A DNA stretch of 31,974 nucleotides from Sphingomonadales bacterium (GCA_036445535.1 JAZFRG010000042.1:1-31974); one strand, 5' to 3'. Counted from the stretch's first letter, positions 1 to 9,447 are shown. Notes: generated from the letters alone by a model not told the origin. Translations and numbers: made by a program.

Positions 1-2
1 AC

Positions 3-380
3 GTTGAAGGCGGAACGCTGGTTATTTTTCATGCCATCCGGCCCGGTGAGTACCAGCATTGGAAGGCCGTAAAAGAAGCCATGGCTGAAGAAAATAAAAA
101 AGAAGCCCGTGATTTGATGAAATCGGTTGCCAGCTTTGTTGAAGAGGAATATGGCCTGGAACCGGAAATAGTCATCCGCGAAGGCAACCCCAAAGAGGAA
201 TTGCAGGCTTATATGGAAAAAACCCGCGATCTATTTGCCCTCTTTTTGGGGGCCCACTCTGAGGGCGAACCGGGCCCGCTGGTGGATTATTTTTCAGGCC
301 CCTTATGTGGGTGTCTGGAATGCCCGGTGGTGATTGTTCCGGGCTGCATGACCGATGAAATAATAGATGAAATTGCTTAA
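3..380 (+). CDS. Universal stress protein (USP), 5'-truncated by window edge
   Basis: Frame 3 is open from base 3 (VEGGTLVIFHAI...) through the listed ORF. It has IREGNPKEEL, LFLGA and PVVIVPG USP motifs and the usual position before the Nfu gene. Confidence 0.8.
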   Translation, partial: VEGGTLVIFHAIRPGEYQHWKAVKEAMAEENKKEARDLMKSVASFVEEEYGLEPEIVIREGNPKEELQAYMEKTRDLFALFLGAHSEGEPGPLVDYFSGPLCGCLECPVVIVPGCMTDEIIDEIA

Positions 381-394
381 ATTTTAGAAAGCTT

Positions 395-946
395 ATGATG
401 TTTATAGAAACTGAAACGACCCCCAACCCGCTAAGTTTGAAATTTATTCCCGACCGCCCGGTTTTGGAAAAAGGCACCCGCCATTTCACCAACGCCGAGG
501 ACGCTGGTGCATCGCCTTTGGCTCAGGCGCTGTTTTCCCACGGCAATGTTGCCGGCGTTCTTTTAGCGCCGGGATTTTTATCCGTGACCCTTAAAGAGGG
601 TGATTGGGGGGACATGAAACCCAAGGTTTTAGGGGCAATTATGGATCATTTCACCTCTGGCCAGCCAGTGCTTTTGGAGGAAGCCGCCGAGGAAACCAAA
701 GAGCCTGCAGGCGAAGACAGCGAGCTGGTTAAGCAGATAAAAACCCTTCTGGATGAAAAAGTTCGCCCCGCTGTAGCGCAAGATGGCGGCGATATTATTT
801 TCCAAAGGTTTGAAGAGGGGGTTGTTTACCTGACCATGCAGGGATCCTGCCAGGGATGCCCCAGTTCGGTGGTTACCCTGAAAAATGGCATTGAGAATCT
901 GCTTAAGTATTATATTCCTGAGGTCGAAGAAGTCCGCCAAGCTTAA
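395..946 (+). CDS. nfu: Nfu/NifU-like Fe-S cluster carrier protein
   Basis: N-terminal FIETETTPNP..LKF domain; C-terminal VRPAVAQDGGDI and GSCQGCPSS (CxxC). The start could be ATG 398. Confidence 0.93.
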   Translation: MMFIETETTPNPLSLKFIPDRPVLEKGTRHFTNAEDAGASPLAQALFSHGNVAGVLLAPGFLSVTLKEGDWGDMKPKVLGAIMDHFTSGQPVLLEEAAEETKEPAGEDSELVKQIKTLLDEKVRPAVAQDGGDIIFQRFEEGVVYLTMQGSCQGCPSSVVTLKNGIENLLKYYIPEVEEVRQA

Positions 947-961
947 AATCACGAGGATAAA

Positions 962-1555
962 ATGAAAAAACCGCTGGATGATGCCGGATTAGATTTAATT
1001 TTCCGCGAGGCCCGCTCCTTTAACCGCTGGGCGCAAGAGAAAGTTTCAGACGACACCCTAAAAGCCATTGTTGATTTGATGAAATGGGGCGCAACCAGTG
1101 CCAATTGTTGGCCAATGCGTCTGGTATTCGTCAAATCTGCTGAAGCCAAAGCCCGGCTGAAGCCCCATCTTGATGAGTTTAACGTTGAAAAGGTCTTAAC
1201 CGCCCCGGCGGTAGCTATCATTGCCTATGACAGCAAGTTTTATGATCGAATTCCCGAACTTTTCCCGCATAATCCGGGTGCCCGCGACTGGTTTGCCCAC
1301 GATCAGGACGTTGCCTTTACCACCGCCTTTCGGAACGGCACCCTTCAGGGCGCTTATTTGATGATTGCCGCCCGCGCCTTAGGGTTGGATTGCGGGCCGA
1401 TGTCGGGTTTCAATAACGAAGGGGTTGACCAGGAGTTTTTCCCCGACGGCCAATTCAAGTCGAACTTTCTTTGTAGTTTGGGGGTTGGCACCACGGAAGA
1501 ACTATTCGGCCGAAGCCCGCGCCCGGCCTTCGATTCCGTAGCAGAAATTCTTTAG
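962..1555 (+). CDS. RutE-like nitroreductase / malonic semialdehyde reductase family
   Basis: IFREARSFN, WGATSANCWPMR, RNGTLQGAYLMIAARALGLDCGPMSGF and GRSPRPAF motifs. Confidence 0.85.
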   Translation: MKKPLDDAGLDLIFREARSFNRWAQEKVSDDTLKAIVDLMKWGATSANCWPMRLVFVKSAEAKARLKPHLDEFNVEKVLTAPAVAIIAYDSKFYDRIPELFPHNPGARDWFAHDQDVAFTTAFRNGTLQGAYLMIAARALGLDCGPMSGFNNEGVDQEFFPDGQFKSNFLCSLGVGTTEELFGRSPRPAFDSVAEIL

Positions 1556-1561
1556 GAACCC

Positions 1562-2260
1562 ATGCGCCTTGCCCTAGATACTGCATTTTCCGCCTGCTCG
1601 GTGGCTTTGTCAAACCTGGACGGAAACCTGGTAGGTCATGCCCACCTTGACCAACGTCGTGGTCAGGTGGAAACCCTGGTGCCGATGGTCGAAGAGGTTT
1701 TAAAAAAGGCCGGGATAAAACCCCAGAATATCACCGAAATTGTCGTTAACATTGGTCCCGGGACCTTTGCCGGGGTCAGGATTGCGACCTCTTTTACCAG
1801 GGCTCTGGCTTTATCCACTGGGGCAAAAACCGTTGGACTTACTGCCTTTGAAGCCCTGGCGGGGACATTTATTTTGAAGAAAAAAGCTAAACCCGGGGAC
1901 AAGATCCTTAGTTTGGTGCCGGGAAAGCGGGGGGAAGTGTCCGGGGAGCTATTTTTGGTTGAAGAGTGTGCTTTGAAATCCTTGAAAGGGCCGGAAACGA
2001 TTTCCATTAAAGCCTTAAATGATTTTACCCAGTGCCAAAAGGTTTTTGTCGCAGGCCCTGACCTGGAAAATTTCCTGAAAGAAGCAACCGGGCTTTCGCC
2101 ATTAGAAACCCTCTCTTTTTGGCCCAGCGCCACAGATTTACTGGATTTAGCGGCCAATTTAGGCCCTGAACGGCGCTCTGTAACGGTTTCACCGTTTTAT
2201 TTGCGTCCGCCCGATGCTAAAACCCAGGATCCAAGCCCGTTTTCCCGGGAAAATGGTTAA
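1562..2260 (+). CDS. tsaB: tRNA threonylcarbamoyladenosine biosynthesis protein TsaB
   Basis: LALDTA..CSVAL, VNIGPGTFAGVRIA and PFYLRPPDA motifs; upstream of rimI. Confidence 0.92.
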   Translation: MRLALDTAFSACSVALSNLDGNLVGHAHLDQRRGQVETLVPMVEEVLKKAGIKPQNITEIVVNIGPGTFAGVRIATSFTRALALSTGAKTVGLTAFEALAGTFILKKKAKPGDKILSLVPGKRGEVSGELFLVEECALKSLKGPETISIKALNDFTQCQKVFVAGPDLENFLKEATGLSPLETLSFWPSATDLLDLAANLGPERRSVTVSPFYLRPPDAKTQDPSPFSRENG

Positions 2261-2720
2261 AATAATCAAAGATTCTGATCTTGAGGGGGTTAAAGAAGCC
2301 TACCGCATCCACGCCGCTTCTTTTAACCCTAAAAGCGCAGATTTCTTAAGCTTTGAGGGGTTTAAAGACCTTTGTTCTTTAGAAAACGCCAGTCTTTTGG
2401 TTCTAAACAGCGCCGAAAAACAGATGGTTGGCTATGTTTTATTCCGGGATCTTGGGCAAGAAGCCGAGATTTTGTCGCTGGCAGTGGAAAAAATCCATAA
2501 AAAACAAGGGTTTGGCAAAAAATTAATCCAAAAAATGATAACCAGCCTTAAAAAGAGGGGTTGTCAGGCGATTTTCCTTGAGGTTGGAGAGAAAAACCAG
2601 GCTGCAAGGGCCCTTTACCGGTCTTTTGGGGCCAGGCAGATCGGGTCTCGAAAAGCTTACTACACCAGTCCAAATGGCAGCAAGGAAGATGCTCTGTTAA
2701 AAATAATTCCGCTTCGTTAA
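2253..2720 (+). CDS. rimI: RimI-like GNAT N-acetyltransferase
   Basis: EAEILSLAV, QGFGKKL, IFLEV..N..A.ALY..FG....G.RK.YY. Start moved to ATG 2253, which overlaps the tsaB stop by 8 nt. Confidence 0.85.
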   Translation: MVKIIKDSDLEGVKEAYRIHAASFNPKSADFLSFEGFKDLCSLENASLLVLNSAEKQMVGYVLFRDLGQEAEILSLAVEKIHKKQGFGKKLIQKMITSLKKRGCQAIFLEVGEKNQAARALYRSFGARQIGSRKAYYTSPNGSKEDALLKIIPLR

Positions 2721-2770
2721 CTAAATTTACACTAAATACATTTATATATTAGCGAATATTAAAGATTTAC
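2721..2770. promoter_or_regulatory. Very AT-rich mucR upstream region (likely promoter / MucR autoregulatory site)
   Basis: CTAAATTTACACTAAATACATTTATATATTAGCGAATATTAAAGATTTAC is far more AT-rich than its flanks. MucR/Ros proteins bind AT-rich DNA and commonly autoregulate. Confidence 0.45.
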
Positions 2771-3259
2771 TTGCCGATAAGGGGATTGAAAGCAGGGTTA
2801 GCAGGAAATGGAAAAGTAGTGAAAAACGCAGATTTGGAAATTGGAAAAGCAGGAACCTCTGCCTTAAACGGCAAGGGGTCGGATCTTTTAGAACTCACCG
2901 CCCAAGTTGTTTCGAACCATCTTTCAAACAATAGCGTTGATGCTACGGATATTCCTGCCTTGATCCGTGAGGTCCACACAACCTTGCAATCCCTGAACGG
3001 TGTTGAAGCCAATGGCCATACAAAATTAAGCCCTGCGGTCCCGGTCGACGAATCGATCCAACCAGATTTTATTGTCTGCCTTGAAGATGGCAAAAGATTA
3101 AAAATGCTAAAGCGCTACCTTCGAACCAAATATGGTTTGAGCCCCGAGGAATATAAAAGGCGCTGGTCCCTGCCCCCGGATTATCCGCTGGTTGCCCCCA
3201 ATTACGCCAAACGGCGCCATGAGCTGGCAAAATCAATTGGCTTAGGCAAAAACCGATAG
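2771..3259 (+). CDS. mucR: MucR/Ros family transcriptional regulator (H-NS-like)
   Basis: LTAQVVSNHLSNN, PAVPVDESIQPDFIVCLEDGK.LK.LKR and YPLVAPNYA..R..LAKSIGLG. The TTG start is uncertain; the true start may be downstream (e.g. GTG 2819). Confidence 0.93.
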   Translation: MPIRGLKAGLAGNGKVVKNADLEIGKAGTSALNGKGSDLLELTAQVVSNHLSNNSVDATDIPALIREVHTTLQSLNGVEANGHTKLSPAVPVDESIQPDFIVCLEDGKRLKMLKRYLRTKYGLSPEEYKRRWSLPPDYPLVAPNYAKRRHELAKSIGLGKNR

Positions 3260-3275
3260 CAAAAGATCCCCCCTA

Positions 3276-3311
3276 AGAAAGACCGTGAGTATCTCGCGGT
3301 CTTTTTTTTTA
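3276..3311 (+). terminator. Rho-independent terminator after mucR
   Basis: AAAGACCGTGAG-TAT-CTCGCGGTCTTT stem with one G-U pair, followed by a T run. Confidence 0.85.
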
Positions 3312-3314
3312 CTT

Positions 3315-3343
3315 TTGTGCGGCCCTGTGAAATATGCTAGGCG
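3315..3343 (+). promoter_or_regulatory. Candidate sigma70 promoter for fur
   Basis: TTGTGC-N17-TAGGCG, 38 nt upstream of ATG 3381. Confidence 0.35.
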
Positions 3344-3380
3344 AAAGACGTCGAAAAACCCCAAACCTAGGGACAGGAAA

Positions 3381-3839
3381 ATGACCAAAGGTTCTAAACC
3401 CGAAGACCAGGGACAAAATCTCAGTGATATTGAGCGGGTATGTTTAGAAAAAGGCATGCGCATGACCGACCAACGCCGAGTGATTGCCAGGGTGCTTTCC
3501 AATTCCAAGGACCATCCTGATGTGGAGGAAGTTTATTCCCGCTCCACCGCTGCCGATAGCCGGATTAGTATCGCCACGGTTTACCGGACGGTTAGACTTT
3601 TTGAGGAAGCGGGTATTCTTGAGCGCCACGATTTTCGCGATGGCCGCTCCCGGTATGAACTCATAACCGAAAACCACCATGATCACCTGATTGATCTTGA
3701 TAGCGGGGAAGTGGTGGAGTTTCAAAACCTGGAGATTGAGAAGCTGCAGGAAGAAATTGCTAAAAAACTGGGCTACCGTTTAGTGGACCACCGCATGGAA
3801 CTTTACGCGGTTCCGTTAGTTCGGACTAAAAAATCTTGA
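3381..3839 (+). CDS. fur: Fur family metalloregulator (Fur/Mur)
   Basis: GMRMTDQRRVI, DHPDVEEVY, ISIATVYRTVRLFEEAG and HHDHLID motifs. Start moved to ATG 3381 (SD GGACAGGA). Confidence 0.93.
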   Translation: MTKGSKPEDQGQNLSDIERVCLEKGMRMTDQRRVIARVLSNSKDHPDVEEVYSRSTAADSRISIATVYRTVRLFEEAGILERHDFRDGRSRYELITENHHDHLIDLDSGEVVEFQNLEIEKLQEEIAKKLGYRLVDHRMELYAVPLVRTKKS

Positions 3840-3864
3840 ATTTTATCTATATTTCGCCTAGGCC
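3836..3864 (+). promoter_or_regulatory. Candidate sigma70 promoter for miaB operon
   Basis: TTGAAT-N17-TAGGCC overlapping the fur stop codon. Confidence 0.35.
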
Positions 3865-3903
3865 CTCAGTCCCTTAAGGGTGCAAGTTGACCGGACAAAG
3901 AAA

Positions 3904-5319
3904 ATGGCTAAAAAAGTTTATATAAAAAGCTACGGCTGTCAGATGAATGTTTATGATTCTGAACGCATGGGCGATATTTTAGAGGAAGAAGGGTTTGAGC
4001 CTACCCCGGTTCCGGATCAGGCCGATCTGGTGATCCTGAACACCTGTCATATCCGCGAAAAAGCAGCCGAGAAGGTATATTCTGACATTGGCCGTCTAAG
4101 GGGTATCAAAGAAAAAAAGGCGGAAAGAGGCAAAGACATGGTGATTGCCGTGGCCGGTTGCGTGGGCCAGGCAGAGGGGGCAGAAATTATGCGCCGCGCC
4201 CCTTCCGTGGAACTGGTTTTTGGTCCCCAGACCTATCACCGCCTGCCCGGGCTTCTTAAAAAAGTTGGTGAGGATAAAAAGACCGCTGGCAACGCTAGGG
4301 TTCTTGATACCGATTTGCCGGTCAATGAAAAATTTGAATTTTTGGCAAAAGGGCCCCAGAAATCAGGCCCCTCTGCGTTCCTGACCATCCAGGAGGGTTG
4401 CGATAAATTTTGCACCTTTTGTGTGGTTCCCTATACCCGCGGCGGTGAGTTTTCGAGGCCCGCCAGCGACATCTATAAGGAGGCCAAGGCGCTGGTTGCC
4501 CGCGGCGCTGTTGACATCACTCTGTTGGGCCAAAACGTTAACGCCTATCACGGTGGTGATAATGGCTTGGCGGGGTTGATCCGGGGGCTGGCAACCATCC
4601 CGGGGCTGCACCGGATTCGCTATACCACCTCGCACCCGAGAGACATGGAGGATGACCTTGTAAATGTACACGCTGAGGTTCCCCAGTGTATGCCCTATAT
4701 GCATTTGCCGGTTCAATCGGGCTCTGATAAAATATTAAAAAGTATGAACCGGCGTCACACGGTCAGCGAATATATGGTCTGGATTGAGAAAATCCGAAAA
4801 GTCCGCCCCGACATCGCTCTATCCAGCGACTTTATTGTTGGTTTTCCGGGAGAGACCGATGCTGATTTTTCGGCCACGCTTGAATTGGTGAAAGAGGTCG
4901 AATATGCACAAGCTTATAGTTTTAAATACAGCCCCAGACCGGGCACGCCCGCTGCCACTTCAGAGGATCAGGTTCCCGAGCCGGTTAAAGCCCATCGACT
5001 TCAGGAACTTCAGGAACTTTTAAACACCCACCAACGCGCCTTTAATAATAAAACGGTGGGCCGGGGAGTAGATGTTTTGTTTGAGCGGGCCGGAAAATTC
5101 CCCGGCCAGATTGTTGGTCGCAGCCCCTATATGCAGGCGGTCCATGTTTCGCTTGGTGATAGCCATGAAGGGGCTTATGATAAGGCCAGGGAGGATATAA
5201 GCGCCTTGAACACCAAAAATTACATGGGTCGATTAGTCAAAGTGGAAATTACCAAAGCCGGCCCCAACAGTCTTGAGGGCAAATTAGTCGTGCCGTCAAA
5301 AACCAGGACAGCGGCTTAA
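3904..5319 (+). CDS. miaB: tRNA-2-methylthio-N6-dimethylallyladenosine synthase MiaB
   Basis: YGCQMNVYDS, NTCHIREKA, AGCVGQ, radical-SAM CDKFCTFC motif and a C-terminal TRAM domain. Start moved to ATG 3904 (GTG 3880 possible). Confidence 0.96.
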   Translation: MAKKVYIKSYGCQMNVYDSERMGDILEEEGFEPTPVPDQADLVILNTCHIREKAAEKVYSDIGRLRGIKEKKAERGKDMVIAVAGCVGQAEGAEIMRRAPSVELVFGPQTYHRLPGLLKKVGEDKKTAGNARVLDTDLPVNEKFEFLAKGPQKSGPSAFLTIQEGCDKFCTFCVVPYTRGGEFSRPASDIYKEAKALVARGAVDITLLGQNVNAYHGGDNGLAGLIRGLATIPGLHRIRYTTSHPRDMEDDLVNVHAEVPQCMPYMHLPVQSGSDKILKSMNRRHTVSEYMVWIEKIRKVRPDIALSSDFIVGFPGETDADFSATLELVKEVEYAQAYSFKYSPRPGTPAATSEDQVPEPVKAHRLQELQELLNTHQRAFNNKTVGRGVDVLFERAGKFPGQIVGRSPYMQAVHVSLGDSHEGAYDKAREDISALNTKNYMGRLVKVEITKAGPNSLEGKLVVPSKTRTAA

Positions 5320-5328
5320 GAGGCAAGC

Positions 5329-6357
5329 TTGAAAACCAGAACCCGCAAAACTCCAGAGAAAACCCGGCTAATTCTAGAATTTGAAGACAATGCGTTGCTG
5401 CCCTCTCTTTTTGGCCAGCACGACCAGCACCTTGCCCGTTTGGAACAGGGTTTGGGGGTTCAGGTTGCAAGCCGGGGCAACCGGATTGTTTTGAAAGGCG
5501 AGGATGGGGCTTGCCGCCAGGCCAGAAAAGTACTCCGCCAGCTTTATGCAAACTTGGAAAAAGGTGAGCCTCTAACATTGGGCGATGTTGATGGGGCGTT
5601 ACGCCTTTCAGGAGAGCCAACAATCACGATGACCAAATCCCGAAAAGAAAAAAATAACCAAAGCAACCACCCGGTTGGTGAGATTATTAAAATTGCTACC
5701 AGAAAACGTATCATCACACCCCGAACACCAGCTCAGAACCATTACCTTAAAGAACTGCTTTCAGCCGACCTAATTTTTGCTGCCGGGCCGGCAGGCACCG
5801 GGAAAACCTATCTGGGGGTGGCGATGGCGGTGGCCGAGCTGATCAAAGGTTCGGTTGACCGGATTATTTTATCGCGGCCCGCGGTTGAGGCTGGGGAAAG
5901 CTTAGGTTATCTTCCCGGTGACATGAAGGAAAAAGTCGACCCTTATCTCAGGCCCCTTTACGATGCCCTGCACGATACCATGCCCGCCGAGCAGGTCGCT
6001 AAATGTATTGAAATTGGTGAGATTGAAATTGCCCCTGTGGCGTTTATGCGCGGTCGCACCTTATCGCATTCCTACGTTATTCTGGACGAGGCGCAAAATT
6101 CCACCCCAGGCCAGATGAAAATGTTTTTAACCCGGCTCGGTGAAAACAGTCGCATGGTGGTCACCGGCGATCCAAGCCAGGTTGATTTGCTACCCGGTGT
6201 GGATTCGGGACTTGATCATGCCATGGGTGTTTTGGAAGGCGTCGAGGGGGTGTCGGTGGTTCGTTTTACCGAAAAAGATGTTATCCGCAATCCCTTGGTG
6301 CGGCGGATCATAAATGCCTATGATGCCCCAGAGAAAACCAAGGGTGCGAAAAAATAA
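5329..6357 (+). CDS. phoH: PhoH family ATPase (YbeZ)
   Basis: GPAGTGKT Walker A, RPAVEAGE.LG.LPGD, FMRGRT, ILDEAQN and RNPLV motifs. Confidence 0.95.
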   Translation: MKTRTRKTPEKTRLILEFEDNALLPSLFGQHDQHLARLEQGLGVQVASRGNRIVLKGEDGACRQARKVLRQLYANLEKGEPLTLGDVDGALRLSGEPTITMTKSRKEKNNQSNHPVGEIIKIATRKRIITPRTPAQNHYLKELLSADLIFAAGPAGTGKTYLGVAMAVAELIKGSVDRIILSRPAVEAGESLGYLPGDMKEKVDPYLRPLYDALHDTMPAEQVAKCIEIGEIEIAPVAFMRGRTLSHSYVILDEAQNSTPGQMKMFLTRLGENSRMVVTGDPSQVDLLPGVDSGLDHAMGVLEGVEGVSVVRFTEKDVIRNPLVRRIINAYDAPEKTKGAKK

Positions 6358-6887
6358 TGGCTGAAGACTCATCTACTGAAGCCGCTCCGCCGGATTTAAC
6401 CCTGGACATAATTCTGCAGGATCGTGCTTGGCTTGAAGGATTGCCAAACCTGGAAGTTTTGGTTCAAGGGGCAGTTGAGGGGGCCCTGAGGGAGTCCCGG
6501 GTTTGGGGCCATTTTAAAACCCTTCGGAAATTTTCACTTGAGATCAGCTTTTGCTTTGCCGGCGACGAATTTGTCAGGGAATTAAACGCCAATTTCAGGG
6601 ACAAAGATAAAGCGACCAACGTTTTGTCGTTCCCTTCCGACAACGGGGATTTTCCCAAGGGGTCCCCAACCTTGCATCTGGGTGATGTGGTTTTGGCCAG
6701 GGGTGTTGTTGAAAAAGAGGCGGTTGAGCAAGGTAAGACAGTTTCGGATCATACGATGCATCTTGTACTGCACGGCCTTCTGCACCTTTTGGGGTTTGAT
6801 CATGATGAAGAAAATTCTGCCGAAGAAATGGAAGCCCTGGAAGCAAAACTTTTGAAAACATTTGGCATTGCAAACCCTTACGAATAG
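6357..6887 (+). CDS. ybeY: rRNA maturation endoribonuclease YbeY
   Basis: LNANFRDKDKATNVLSFP, LGDVVL and HGLLHLLGFDH (H3xH5xH). Confidence 0.95.
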   Translation: MAEDSSTEAAPPDLTLDIILQDRAWLEGLPNLEVLVQGAVEGALRESRVWGHFKTLRKFSLEISFCFAGDEFVRELNANFRDKDKATNVLSFPSDNGDFPKGSPTLHLGDVVLARGVVEKEAVEQGKTVSDHTMHLVLHGLLHLLGFDHDEENSAEEMEALEAKLLKTFGIANPYE

Positions 6888-6896
6888 ATTGGCTTT

Positions 6897-7781
6897 ATGA
6901 ACGATCATAAAAATGAACGCCCCAGTTGGCTCAAAACCCTTTTTAGAAAATTAAAAGGGGGTGGGGATTCATCGCTCCGGGAAAGCCTTGAGGAGGTCAT
7001 CGAAGAACACGAAGAGGCCAGCGATGAAGAACCCTTAGGGGCGGAGGGCCGTGAAATGCTTATGAACGTGTTGACCTACAATGAGCAGCGCGCTGATGAT
7101 ATTATGGTGCCCCGGGCTGACATTGGTGCCTTCGAAATTTCGGGGAGTTTTTCTGATCTGGTAGAAACCTTTCGCGAGGATGGACATTCGAGACTGCCGA
7201 TTTACCGGGGCTCGCTGGACGATGTCATCGGTATGGTTCACGTCAAGGATGTCATGCAGATTTTGGGCGGGAAAGAAGTTGGCCAAAACCCTCCGGCGCT
7301 TGAGGATATTATCCGTGATGTGATTGTTGTGCCGCCTTCGATGCGACTCATCGATCTACTAAAGCGGATGAAAACCCAGCGCACCCATATGGCCATTGTT
7401 GTTGATGAATATGGCGGGGCTGACGGATTGATAACGATTGAGGATTTGGTCGAGCAGATCGTTGGCGAAATTGAAGACGAATACGATGACACAGGCGAGC
7501 CCGCGCTAACTTTTATTGGGGCAGGAATTTATGAGGCCGATGCCAGGGTAGAAATTAAAGAATTGGAAAAGGTTTTGGGGGCCGACCTTTTAAGCGATGC
7601 CCTGGATGAGGCCGTCGACACCCTTGGTGGGTTGGTATTTACCTTGGAGGGCCGGGTCCCGGAAATCGGCGAAGTGGTGGAACATTCGCAAGGATTTCAG
7701 TTTGAGATCATCGATGCAGATCCCAGAAAAATTAAACGGATCAGAATTCATCTCCCCAGGAAATCTGAGGGGCAGGAGTAA
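6897..7781 (+). CDS. corC: HlyC/CorC family CBS-domain transporter-associated protein
   Basis: DIMVPRADI, GHSRLPIY, HMAIVVDEYGG..G.ITIEDLVEQIVGEIEDEYD and a C-terminal CorC domain. Confidence 0.92.
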   Translation: MNDHKNERPSWLKTLFRKLKGGGDSSLRESLEEVIEEHEEASDEEPLGAEGREMLMNVLTYNEQRADDIMVPRADIGAFEISGSFSDLVETFREDGHSRLPIYRGSLDDVIGMVHVKDVMQILGGKEVGQNPPALEDIIRDVIVVPPSMRLIDLLKRMKTQRTHMAIVVDEYGGADGLITIEDLVEQIVGEIEDEYDDTGEPALTFIGAGIYEADARVEIKELEKVLGADLLSDALDEAVDTLGGLVFTLEGRVPEIGEVVEHSQGFQFEIIDADPRKIKRIRIHLPRKSEGQE

Positions 7782-7784
7782 TTT

Positions 7785-9371
7785 ATGTTGGAAAAGTTTG
7801 CTGAAGTTGGGCGTTTTTTTGAAAAGGCCAGAGGTTTTTGGGCCTATGGATATTGTATCTTTTTGGGGGTTGTTTCGGCCCTGGCCTTTCCCCCTTATCC
7901 GTTCATCCCGCTGTTTTTTGTTGCCATTGTTTTGGTTCTGCTTTTACTTTCCGGGGAGGAAAGGGTGTCCAAGGCCTTTCATTATGGGTTTTTCTTTGGC
8001 ATCGGGCAGTTTGGCTTTGGCTTAAGCTGGATCTCAAATTCGTTTGCCGCCCAAGGAGATGTTCCTACCTGGATGGCCCCTATAATGGTGTCGTTTTTGG
8101 TCGTTGCTCTAAGTTTTTTCCCGGCGCTGGCGTTTATGATTACCCGGCTTTTATGGCACAACAACTGGTTCCAGCGGGCTATGGCCTTTGCCGCTCTTTA
8201 TGGCCTTTTTGAATTTCTTCGGGGCTGGGATTTTATTTTTGCATTTCCCTGGAATCCAACGTCGTTAATTTGGTGGCCCAGCGATATCATGCTCCAAAGT
8301 CTTTCCCTTGGTGGCAGCTATGCGCTTGGTTTGCTGACGATTTTGGCGGCAGGTTTTTTTACCGCCCTGTTTGATGGCAAAGCCTCGCTTAGGCATCGCC
8401 TGGTTACCCCTGCCCTTGGCCTGGTAATTCTTTTTGGCCTGGCGGGGTTTGGGGCCCTTAAGTTAAATAATAATCCGACTTCCTATAAAGATGACCTGGT
8501 GATTCGACTGGTTCAGCCAAATATTCCGCAAGTCGAAAAATGGGAACGTAGCCTAAAACAGCGCAATCTTGAAAGACATATCGCCCTTAGTATCGCCCCG
8601 GCGGGGCCTTTGGGTCGTCCCGATATAATTATTTGGTCAGAAACTGCGGTCCCCTATAATTTGGAAGAGGCACAGAACCGGCGTGCTATTTTAAGCTATT
8701 TTCCGGATCAGATATTGTTAGCAGGCGCGTCCCGAAGGGTTCTGGAGCCCACCCCTGAATTGACCAACAGTCTTTATGCGCTGGAGGGTGAAGGGGATAT
8801 TCTGGGGCGTTACGACAAAAGCCATCTGGTTCCTTTTGGAGAATATTTGCCCTTAAGGGCCACCTTCGAGTTTTTTGGCCTTGATACTCTGGCTCCGGGT
8901 TCGACGGATTATGATTCAGGACCAGGGATTAGAACCCTGACCATTGATGGAGTGCCAAGCTTTAGTCCGCTGGTTTGTTATGAAATAATTTTTTCTGGAA
9001 AGGTTATGATTAGAGAAGAAAGGCCCGATTGGATAATAAATATTACCAACGACGCCTGGTTCGGGGATAGCCCCGGCCCGCGGCAGCATTTTCAAATGGC
9101 CAGGGCCCGTGCGATAGAAGAGGGTATACCCGTTTTGCGGGTGGCAGGAACCGGAATTAGTGCGGTTATTGATCCATATGGGCGGGTTTTAAGCAAAATT
9201 GAGTTGGGGGAAGAGGGATTTCTGGATACCAGGCTGCCTGAAAAAACCCAAGGGTTGTCAGTATTTGCAACGTTTGGGGTGATACCGGTAGGGGCCCTTG
9301 CTCTGCTTTTCTTTATTATCGGGGCTCCGTCCGGATTGTCTGAGCGCTCAAGAAAAGAAGAAAACACCTAA
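7785..9371 (+). CDS. lnt: Apolipoprotein N-acyltransferase
   Basis: Multi-TM N-terminus; catalytic triad motifs WSET, YDKSHLVPFGEY and VCYE; NITNDAWFG. Confidence 0.95.
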   Translation: MLEKFAEVGRFFEKARGFWAYGYCIFLGVVSALAFPPYPFIPLFFVAIVLVLLLLSGEERVSKAFHYGFFFGIGQFGFGLSWISNSFAAQGDVPTWMAPIMVSFLVVALSFFPALAFMITRLLWHNNWFQRAMAFAALYGLFEFLRGWDFIFAFPWNPTSLIWWPSDIMLQSLSLGGSYALGLLTILAAGFFTALFDGKASLRHRLVTPALGLVILFGLAGFGALKLNNNPTSYKDDLVIRLVQPNIPQVEKWERSLKQRNLERHIALSIAPAGPLGRPDIIIWSETAVPYNLEEAQNRRAILSYFPDQILLAGASRRVLEPTPELTNSLYALEGEGDILGRYDKSHLVPFGEYLPLRATFEFFGLDTLAPGSTDYDSGPGIRTLTIDGVPSFSPLVCYEIIFSGKVMIREERPDWIINITNDAWFGDSPGPRQHFQMARARAIEEGIPVLRVAGTGISAVIDPYGRVLSKIELGEEGFLDTRLPEKTQGLSVFATFGVIPVGALALLFFIIGAPSGLSERSRKEENT

Positions 9372-9378
9372 TCTTTAC

Positions 9379-9407
9379 TTGCACACCTTCCGGTTTACTC
9401 GTAAACA
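9379..9407 (+). promoter_or_regulatory. Candidate sigma70 promoter for XRE gene
   Basis: TTGCAC-N17-TAAACA in the lnt-XRE spacer; SD GAGG before ATG 9448. Confidence 0.5.
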
Positions 9408-9447
9408 GATGAAATTACAAATAACCAATAATAATTGAGGCAATAAA

